A stretch of DNA of 7,342 nt from Candidatus Wukongarchaeum yapensis (GCA_016840425.1 JAEOSI010000115.1:1-7342); one strand, 5' to 3'. Counted from the stretch's first letter, positions 1 through 6,297 are shown. Notes: generated from the sequence alone by a model not told the origin. Translations and numbers: made by a program.

Positions 1-244
1 TCGATCTGCCAGTACCTGCAACCACTGTCGTTTTACCCGAAAAATTTAACGTTTCTTCTATCACTTTTTTAGCTTCGTTTAAAGTCAGGCTTGAAAACTC
101 GCCGTTAGTCCCACAAGGAACCAAACCATGGACATTTCTTGAAAGTAAAAACTCAACATGGGAACATAAAACCTCGTAATCCACCTCAAGATTCCTATCA
201 AAAGGTGTTATTGTAGCCACAAAAATACCCTCAAAATTTGACAT
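1..244 (-). CDS. DapA/NAL-family class I aldolase (dihydrodipicolinate synthase family), 5' part only, runs off the window edge
   Basis: Not in the ORF track. Manual minus-strand translation from ATG at 244: MSNFEGIFVATITPFDRNLEVDYEVLCSHVEFLLSRNVHGLVPCGTNGEFSSLTLNEAKKVIEETLNFSGKTTVVAGTGRS, open to the edge. It carries the family hallmarks A-x-x-TPF, G-x-x-x-x-G-T-x-GE and V-x-A-G-T-G. GGTG SD-like site at 251-254 (minus). Confidence 0.93.
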   Translation of the reverse strand, partial: MSNFEGIFVATITPFDRNLEVDYEVLCSHVEFLLSRNVHGLVPCGTNGEFSSLTLNEAKKVIEETLNFSGKTTVVAGTGRS

Positions 245-437
245 CAAAAACACCGCATTGAAAAATTGTATAGGGATAATAAAAGGATTAAAGTAAAAAC
301 CTTTCCAATCTCTTTTGATGGGGAGATATCTTTTTCAACTAGTTTTTCCATAATTGAGTTTGATAATATTGTTTGGGGGGATTAAATTATGGTTAAATCG
401 ATTTTTAGTCTGGTTTATTTGGATTTTTTAGTTTTTG

Positions 438-451
438 GGAGGATAAGTGGT
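438..451 (+). promoter_or_regulatory. Shine-Dalgarno region of the GH15 gene
   Basis: GGAGG at 438-442 lies 4 nt before GTG 447; GTGG at 447-450 plus TTTTT precedes ATG 456. Confidence 0.55.
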
Positions 452-2363
452 TTTTATGAGGCCGATAGTTCTTGCTAATGATTCCTTTTTGGTGAATATG
501 GATGAAAAATTTGTTGTGAGAGATTTTTATTATCCTCACATCGGGCAGTATAATCATGGTACTCATAGAACGATCATGGTTGGCATAATGGATCTTACCA
601 ATAAGATGTTTTCGTGGATAGGAAGTCCCGAATGGCAAATAGACCAAAGATACGAAGAAAGATCTCTTGTTGCAAAAACCATAGGACATAACCCACGATT
701 AAAGGTTAGTATCGAGTCGAAGGATTTCGTATCCTTTGAACACGATATTTTTGGAAGAATTATTACTTTAAAAAATGGGGGGAGTTCGCGCAATTTCAGA
801 CTTTTTTCAACCCATTATTACAACCTTTTTGAATCAAAAACCCAAAATACTGCTATTTATGATCCGAAAATTAAATCAGTGATTCATTACAAAGACGATG
901 TATATATTCAGCATAGTTCATGCCCTGTCTTTGATCAGTTTAGTATGGGGAAAGCGGAGTTTGGAGGATATCAAGGTACTTATAAAGACTGTGAAGATGA
1001 TGGGGTTTTACAAGGGAATCTGGTGGATCATGGGTCTGTAGACAGTTCTGTGGGGTGGACTTTAGAAAATATGAGAGCAAATGAACCACGAACGGTAGAA
1101 TTCATGATAGCTGTTGGATCTTCATGGGGTGAAACTTACAAACTGCTAAAAATTGCAAGAGAAGAAGGGTTTCAAAACCTTTTATCGGAAACGGATAGTT
1201 ATTGGAGGGCTTGGAGTAAATCAAGAAACATAAGCATACCGAAAAACCAGAATCTAGGTTTAAGTAAAAAGGTTGAAGATATCTATTATAGGAGCCTCTT
1301 CATAATGAGGGCTCATACAGACTGTAGTGGAGGGATTATTGCAAGTAGTGATACGGAACACTTACAGTTTTCAGCAGACACTTATGATTATGTATGGCCT
1401 AGAGACGGGGCTTGGGTCGCTATAGCTTTTGATAAAGCGGGTTATTCTGAAGTTTCTGCCAAGTTTTTTGACTTCTGCAACCGTATCACAACAGAGTCAG
1501 GCTACTGGCTTCATAAATATAATTCTCAGGGATATCTTGGAAGTACTTGGCATCCAGTGCCTCACATACAAATAGATGAAACAGGGATAGTTATCTTTGC
1601 ATTTTGGCAACATAGCTTACAGTGGGACATAGAGCATATTAAAAAACTGTATCACTCGATGGTTGAACCGGCGGCAAATTTTCTTGCAAAATGGCGTGAA
1701 GAAGACACAGGTCTCCCAGAACCAAGTTATGACCTTTGGGAAGAAAAAGAAGGTATATTTACATACTCAAGTAGCGCTGTTTACGGCGGATTAATAGGAG
1801 CTTCAAAAATAGCACAAGCCCTAGGAAAGGAGAATAAAGCGGATATCTGGTATGAAGCAGCTCAAGAGGTGAAAAGAGGAATATTAATCCACCTTTACGA
1901 TGAAAAACTGGGGCGTTTTATAAAAAGTATAAAGCCGAGAAACGAAAATTTGGATGCTTCCCTTGCAGGAGTCTTCTTATTCAAAGTATTACCAGCCACA
2001 GATTATCGTGTAGAAAACACGATGAAGGCTGTAGAACAAGGTTTAAAAGTTCCTACTCACATTGGAGGAATTGCGCGTTATAAAGGTGATAAATATTTCA
2101 GTGTTGATCCAAATATTTTAGGTAACCCGTGGATCATTACAACCCTATTCTTGTGTCAATGGTATATAGCGAAAGGGGAAAAAGAACAGGCAATAAACCT
2201 CTTAGAATGGGCAGCAAATAAGGCTTATAAAACAGGTCTCCTACCAGAACAAGTACACCCCCACACAGGAGGACCTCTCTCAGTACTACCTCTCACATGG
2301 AGTCATTCAACTTTTGCTTTAACAGTACTTCAATTCCTTAAAAAATTCTCCAATAAATACTAG
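447..2363 (+). CDS. Glycoside hydrolase family 15 protein (glucoamylase/trehalase-like), no signal peptide; start may be ATG 456
   Basis: 638-aa ORF with GH15 motifs YDYVWPRDG, QIDETG, YDLWEE (catalytic acid region), LLPEQV (catalytic base region) and PLTWSHS. The N-terminus MRPIVLAN-x2-LVN-x-D...RDFYYPHIGQYNH matches the prokaryotic GH15 N-terminal domain as I recall it. Confidence 0.95.
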   Translation: MVFMRPIVLANDSFLVNMDEKFVVRDFYYPHIGQYNHGTHRTIMVGIMDLTNKMFSWIGSPEWQIDQRYEERSLVAKTIGHNPRLKVSIESKDFVSFEHDIFGRIITLKNGGSSRNFRLFSTHYYNLFESKTQNTAIYDPKIKSVIHYKDDVYIQHSSCPVFDQFSMGKAEFGGYQGTYKDCEDDGVLQGNLVDHGSVDSSVGWTLENMRANEPRTVEFMIAVGSSWGETYKLLKIAREEGFQNLLSETDSYWRAWSKSRNISIPKNQNLGLSKKVEDIYYRSLFIMRAHTDCSGGIIASSDTEHLQFSADTYDYVWPRDGAWVAIAFDKAGYSEVSAKFFDFCNRITTESGYWLHKYNSQGYLGSTWHPVPHIQIDETGIVIFAFWQHSLQWDIEHIKKLYHSMVEPAANFLAKWREEDTGLPEPSYDLWEEKEGIFTYSSSAVYGGLIGASKIAQALGKENKADIWYEAAQEVKRGILIHLYDEKLGRFIKSIKPRNENLDASLAGVFLFKVLPATDYRVENTMKAVEQGLKVPTHIGGIARYKGDKYFSVDPNILGNPWIITTLFLCQWYIAKGEKEQAINLLEWAANKAYKTGLLPEQVHPHTGGPLSVLPLTWSHSTFALTVLQFLKKFSNKY

Positions 2364-2568
2364 AAAAAGTATTCAATAAGGTGGATAATAAAAGAAGACT
2401 AGGACCACACGCCTTCCCAAACTTAGGGAAAATAGGGATAATGGGGATGTTGGCACACCATTGCTTTTAGGCGTTTCTAAGGAATTAGAGAAAAGTTAGT
2501 ATAGTTAATTGACCTACTATCTTATTAAAATGGGATGATTGTGTTTCTTATGTTTTTAGGTGTTCTTT

Positions 2569-2582
2569 GGAGGAGATGTGAT
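2569..2582 (+). promoter_or_regulatory. Shine-Dalgarno region of the DUF362 gene
   Basis: GGAGGAG at 2569-2575 and GTGAT at 2578-2582, the latter 5 nt before TTG 2588. Confidence 0.55.
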
Positions 2583-2587
2583 AGTTT

Positions 2588-4237
2588 TTGTTGTATGACC
2601 GCATTATGCCAAAAAGTTTAGTGAGGGGAGGTGAGGGTTGGTATGAGCCTTCCGTTGAGACCTTAACGGTTTCAGACAGGTTAACTTATGAGGAAAAGGT
2701 TTTAGGAGCGGGAGAAATACCTGTTTACGTTGTTAGGGGGAACCTTGGGGATTTGGTAAAGACAAGCTATGTTCTTGTAAGGGATGTTTTTAAAACACTT
2801 ATCGAGCGGGAAAACCTCCAAACCTCAATAAGAGGAGGAAAGGTGCTTGTTAAACCCAATTGCACCCTACCCCCAGGTCTCTTTGACATGAACGAAAACA
2901 CTAAACGCTTAATGGAGATAAACGGTATAAGCCAAGAGTCTAACTATCAAACGGTTGATACTCCTGCCTCGGTACTTCAAGCGACAGTAGACGTCCTCCT
3001 CGAATATGACCCTGAAGAGGTTGCGGTAGGGGAGTCTGTTATCTGGCCTGGTGGGACAAAAAGAGCGTTTTACGAGCTTGGATACTCTAAAATATTCAGC
3101 CGCCCAAAATACTCTAAAGTGACTTTTGTCGATTTACACCGGTCGGAATATATTGAGCTTGAAGAGAAACCAGACCCAAAAAAGTTAAGCTATGAAATCG
3201 AGGAAGCCACCACCCGGGCTGAGGTTCCTCAAGCGCTTTTTGATGAAAATTGGTCGCTTATCGTGAACCTTCCAGGGCTAAAAACCCACACAAACGCTCT
3301 TTATACCCTCTCACTAAAAGGTTTCAGTATCACCTTTCTTCAACCAAAAACAAGGTACAGGATTCATGGCATCCCCGAAGAAAGCTTCATGCAGTTTGAC
3401 CAAACAAAAAGTTTAGGACCAACAACCCAGCAAAAAGAGATATCAAAAGAGAATCAAAAACACTTCCAAATCCAAAAAGTGGGAAAAACAAAAATTGTGA
3501 TAGAAGGCTCCGGAGGCACCACACTTCCTGTAACAACTTACACCCACTTCAATCAAGCCTTACTCCATGTGGATCCCCTCCAAAAAAAAGGCTCTTATTT
3601 GGGATTACTCGCCTTATCAGCAGCCTACCTGAGCACAAGATATACGGTTATTGCTTCTCAAATCATTAAAATGTTAAGAAAGAAGGGAACAAAGTTTGTG
3701 ACGCTGATTTACGGAACTCACGCCATGGACGGAGAAGGACCGTTAATCCACGGAAAACCAAGGAGACTAAACATAACAATAGCGGGAACAGATCCTATAG
3801 CCACGGAAAGAATAGCGTTAGAAGCGATGTTTTCCGAACCGGAAAAACTTACAGGCATAAAATTAAGCGAACTAATGTATAAGTTCTACCAACGCTACAA
3901 CGTCTTTAACGATGAACTCCTTGACGAAGTAAGCGATCTTTGGACCCTAAAACTAGGAAACGAACTAAACGTTGGCGAGTATAGGCTTGAACACATCCGC
4001 ACAATAATCTTAGACGCAGAAAGAGGAGAAATAACAAACTTTGCGGAACTAAGGAGCGGGGAAAAACCCTTCGAAATACCCTTAATATTTAGGGAAAACG
4101 GATGCTGGGGATCCATAGGAAACATAGAAGAACTATTCCTTGGAGAAAAATCACCCTTAAGCTTCCACGCCCTAGATCCAGTAGACGTAATAGAAATATC
4201 AATGACCCCAGAAACAGCAAAAGAAAAAGGAGAATAA
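2588..4237 (+). CDS. DUF362 domain-containing protein, large atypical member without a ferredoxin domain; alternative start ATG 2606
   Basis: 549-aa ORF with the DUF362 motifs in order: KVLVKPN, T-P-x-VL-x-A-x-V-x-x-L, EVAVGES, IVNLPGLKTH, YTLSLK, YRIH, MDGEGP-x2-G-x-P, ITIAGTDPIATE. Confidence 0.85.
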   Translation: MLYDRIMPKSLVRGGEGWYEPSVETLTVSDRLTYEEKVLGAGEIPVYVVRGNLGDLVKTSYVLVRDVFKTLIERENLQTSIRGGKVLVKPNCTLPPGLFDMNENTKRLMEINGISQESNYQTVDTPASVLQATVDVLLEYDPEEVAVGESVIWPGGTKRAFYELGYSKIFSRPKYSKVTFVDLHRSEYIELEEKPDPKKLSYEIEEATTRAEVPQALFDENWSLIVNLPGLKTHTNALYTLSLKGFSITFLQPKTRYRIHGIPEESFMQFDQTKSLGPTTQQKEISKENQKHFQIQKVGKTKIVIEGSGGTTLPVTTYTHFNQALLHVDPLQKKGSYLGLLALSAAYLSTRYTVIASQIIKMLRKKGTKFVTLIYGTHAMDGEGPLIHGKPRRLNITIAGTDPIATERIALEAMFSEPEKLTGIKLSELMYKFYQRYNVFNDELLDEVSDLWTLKLGNELNVGEYRLEHIRTIILDAERGEITNFAELRSGEKPFEIPLIFRENGCWGSIGNIEELFLGEKSPLSFHALDPVDVIEISMTPETAKEKGE

Positions 4238-4256
4238 CAAAATATGATACTATTTA

Positions 4257-4460
4257 CTATAACTTTTCAATTTTTATTATTTCGATAGCTGTCCCCCCAC
4301 ATATGAAAAGTAGCAACATCTTTTCGTATTTTTGCTTCAAACCAAACTATTAAACCATTTTCTTGGAACTCTTGGTCTAAATTAATCGAATAATAGCTCT
4401 TATTACTATCAGTGATATCCAGTAAAATCCGCCTTCTAAATCAATAAATCCCACAAAGAG
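4257..4460 (-). pseudogene. Doubly frameshifted small conserved hypothetical protein (IDLEGGFY...NL...EFQ..GL...HMWG...IEII.IEKL)
   Basis: Manual translation gives LFVGFIDLEGGFYW (frame A), then a -1 shift near 4417-4421 to ITDSNKSYYSINLDQEFQENGLIVWFEAKIRKDVATFHMWG, then a +1 shift in the G6 run (plus strand C6, 4293-4298) to TAIEIIKIEKL-TAG ending at 4257. The joined peptide matches a small beta-rich hypothetical family I recall from archaea and bacteria. No convincing start codon. Confidence 0.7.
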
Positions 4461-4517
4461 CGACAGACTACAGATCAATAAGAAAAATTCATTGGAACTC
4501 AATATAATCGCAGATAA

Positions 4518-4994
4518 TTATAATTTTTTCTCCATTTTATAAAAATCCAATCTCTGATTGTTTTCAACCATAATTACATCTTTTTTTACTGCTATATATC
4601 CTAATGAATCATAAAATCTTTTAGAAACAAGCGAAGAATCTAAATCAATAGTCTTTAGCCCATTTAAATATGCTTTTTTTTCAAGGTTTTTCATTATAAG
4701 CTTTCCAAATCCCTTCAATTGATAAGATGGATCAATAAACACTCTCCTAACGTTTGAACCCACCAAAGTACCTGTTCCTATTATTTTGTTATTTAATTCC
4801 AATACAGCAGTATAACCTTCCAAAGCATCTTTTTCGATTTGTTCATCTGAATGATAATTCTTAAAAAATTCAATAGCTTCTTTCGGATAAGCATTAGCAT
4901 AAGAAGCATCTATCGTCTTATGAACTAATTTTTTTATAGCTTTTAAATCATCCAGCCTAGATTCCCGTATGTGAACACTTTTATTTTCTGACAT
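4518..4994 (-). CDS. GNAT-family N-acetyltransferase
   Basis: 158 aa. N-terminal IRE-x3-DL-x-AI, motif A VRRVFIDPSYQLKGFGKLIM (V-x-P-x-x-Q-x-x-G-x-G), and motif B L-x-SS-x-x-S-x-x-FY-x-x-LGY. Confidence 0.92.
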   Translation of the reverse strand: MSENKSVHIRESRLDDLKAIKKLVHKTIDASYANAYPKEAIEFFKNYHSDEQIEKDALEGYTAVLELNNKIIGTGTLVGSNVRRVFIDPSYQLKGFGKLIMKNLEKKAYLNGLKTIDLDSSLVSKRFYDSLGYIAVKKDVIMVENNQRLDFYKMEKKL

Positions 4995-5119
4995 ATCTTT
5001 AACCTTCGGAAAAAGTTAAAATTCTGAGTAAATTGTCAATAGTAGAATAGGATATTTTAATCTAACAATCTATAGCGTTAGAAAAAACTATTTTTAAGTA
5101 TTTTTGAAGAGGTTTTGAA

Positions 5120-5482
5120 ATGTGCAGCTTTTTTCTTTGGAGAAGATTGAGAAAAAAACGATTTGTTAAGGAGGGTTTGGAAGCAAGGAACATTGATATC
5201 AAGAAAGTTGAGAAGGTGGCTATAAGAGATCTTGAAGGAGAACTTTATCACCGAGGGGCTAAGATACACTATAAAATTTATGCTAACAATAAAAAACAGA
5301 TTCTCTTAGAAATAAAGGATTTTGTATATGAGGAAGATGTTAATGATTTCCTCGCAAAAGCCCGATTCTTTGAAAAAAAGAAAAACGTGAAAACCCAAAA
5401 AATAATAATAGCTTTAAATATAGACGAAAAGGCAAAACAACTATGCGAAAAACTAGGAATAGAAACCATAACACAAGAATAA
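5120..5482 (+). CDS. Short PD-(D/E)XK-like protein resembling the C-terminal domain of archaeal DUF1626/DUF3782-type proteins
   Basis: SD-like GAGGT at 5109-5113, 6 nt before the ATG. The sequence VEKVAIRDLEGELY...ILLEIKD-x4-DV-x-x-FL-x-KA-x-x-FEK...II-x3-IDEKAKQLCEKLGIE follows the recalled pattern of that family. No coiled-coil N-terminus. Confidence 0.65.
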   Translation: MCSFFLWRRLRKKRFVKEGLEARNIDIKKVEKVAIRDLEGELYHRGAKIHYKIYANNKKQILLEIKDFVYEEDVNDFLAKARFFEKKKNVKTQKIIIALNIDEKAKQLCEKLGIETITQE

Positions 5483-5540
5483 AAAGCTTCATAAACTTAA
5501 CCCAAAACCATCATCATCCCCTGTAAAGCTCATTTTCCCT

Positions 5541-5645
5541 TCAAGTTCCGCTTTTTAAGTCTATTATTTCTTTAACATCCACGAGCTTCTATATAAAAGT
5601 CCTCTCTTCCCTTACTATGGATTCTATGGGTTCTTCGGGCGAATA
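5541..5645 (-). pseudogene. Displaced 3' fragment of the flavin-binding gene at 6721-7206, with an internal amber stop
   Basis: Ungapped alignment to 6721-6825 gives 91/105 identical. It translates YSPEEPIESIVREERTFI*KLVDVKEIIDLKSGT* versus YSPEEPIESIVREDRTFIWKLVDVKEIIALKNGI*. TGG to TAG at 5589-5591. Confidence 0.93.
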
Positions 5646-5726
5646 CATCCTTACACCAACTAAAGATAACCCCCCCATACTCTAAACTTTTGATCAAAAC
5701 TCTAAAAATAGGCATAAAAACTCTTC

Positions 5727-5766
5727 CAAGTTACTATTAGAACAAACAAGTTACTATTAGAACAAA
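5727..5766. repeat. Perfect 20-bp tandem duplication (CAAGTTACTATTAGAACAAA x2)
   Basis: 5727-5746 and 5747-5766 are identical with no spacer. Confidence 0.97.
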
Positions 5767-5853
5767 ATTTACGAAAAAAACAAATTATGTTAACTTATCA
5801 AAAATGCTTAATCAAGGAGAAAAGCGGAAATAACGACGGAGATACGGCTAGAA

Positions 5854-5872
5854 CGAAACTTTTTAATTTATT
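5854..5872 (+). promoter_or_regulatory. Putative archaeal BRE/TATA promoter for the 5890 gene (leaderless)
   Basis: CGAAA at 5854-5858 followed by CTTTTTAATTTATT, about 25 nt upstream of ATG 5890; no SD before that ATG. Confidence 0.45.
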
Positions 5873-5889
5873 GGAAACGTTAATTATTT

Positions 5890-6201
5890 ATGTCATTAGC
5901 AAATAATGTTGTTTTTTACGTTATAGCCCTCATCGGCGGACTAACGATTCGTATCGTCCGAACGGGGGGACTAAGACCACCTTGGGTAGATGAGAATAAA
6001 GTCATTCATCTGGGATTTTTTGACATTTTTCTTTACTCTTTAGCCGCTATGTTCTTCTTCTTTCTAGAATACGGAACAGATGCAGATATAGAAGCTGAAA
6101 CCATGTTCGCTTCATACGCCCTAGGCTTGCTCGGTAAAGGCATAATTGAACTCATCGAGACAACAGCAAGAGCAAGAGGTCTCATCGTCAAGATCGCGTA
6201 A
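5890..6201 (+). CDS. Small membrane protein with about 3 hydrophobic segments; weak resemblance to DUF4257-type proteins
   Basis: 103 aa with hydrophobic stretches near residues 7-23, 41-59 and 72-88. The pattern GG-x8-G-L-x-x-P...LGFFD resembles DUF4257 from memory (unverified). Confidence 0.7.
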   Translation: MSLANNVVFYVIALIGGLTIRIVRTGGLRPPWVDENKVIHLGFFDIFLYSLAAMFFFFLEYGTDADIEAETMFASYALGLLGKGIIELIETTARARGLIVKIA

Positions 6202-6224
6202 CTTTTGATAAACAGTAATCTAGA

Positions 6225-6297
6225 TACAAAGATTCAACAAAACTTATCAACAAAGATTTCCAGCCATTAGAAGAAAACAAAAGCCCGAATCTTTGTA
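6225..6297. repeat. 11-bp inverted repeat plus a third direct copy of the ACAAAGATT core
   Basis: TACAAAGATTC (6225-6235) is the reverse complement of GAATCTTTGTA (6287-6297); ACAAAGATT recurs at 6250-6258. Confidence 0.6.

Noticed and set aside
1-244. Assigning the symbol dapA
   Set aside because: Only 81 codons are visible and the GTNGE motif departs from DHDPS consensus, so only the family can be called.
395-404. AAATCGATTT palindrome in the divergent promoter region, and the small TTCCC/GGGAA hairpin at 2414-2430
   Set aside because: Too short to exceed chance in AT-rich DNA, with no second copy or regulator gene in the window.
405-689. 94-aa minus-strand ORF
   Set aside because: Antisense shadow of the GH15 start; no recognisable motifs.
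563-793. 76-aa minus-strand ORF
   Set aside because: Entirely antisense to the well-supported GH15 gene.
3895-4125. 76-aa minus-strand ORF
   Set aside because: Antisense shadow of DUF362; Ser-rich, typical of a non-coding frame.
4102-4353. 83-aa plus-strand ORF
   Set aside because: Overlaps the DUF362 end in another frame and lies antisense to the frameshifted pseudogene; Arg/Asn-rich composition reflects the A-rich gene end.
5082-5158. Possible frameshifted true N-terminus for the PD-(D/E)XK-like gene (KKLFLSIFEEVLKCAAFFFGED*, near the A7 run at 5152-5158)
   Set aside because: No ATG in that frame, it would need both a nonsense reversal and an indel, and ATG 5120 already has a well-spaced GAGGT SD.
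5078-5469. Two 63-aa minus-strand ORFs (5078-5269 and 5278-5469)
   Set aside because: Antisense shadows of the 5120-5482 gene; Phe/Ser-rich from reversed A-tracts.
5589-5591. In-frame TAG as pyrrolysine or readthrough
   Set aside because: It replaces Trp by a single TGG to TAG change in a fragment lacking the first ~127 codons; no pyl genes in view. Simple nonsense decay is sufficient.
5727-5766. CRISPR mini-array
   Set aside because: Only two 20-bp units, directly abutting with no spacer, and no cas genes.
5787-5906. 39-aa plus-strand ORF (MLTYQKCLIKEK...)
   Set aside because: Short, no motif, overlaps the putative promoter and start of the 5890 gene.
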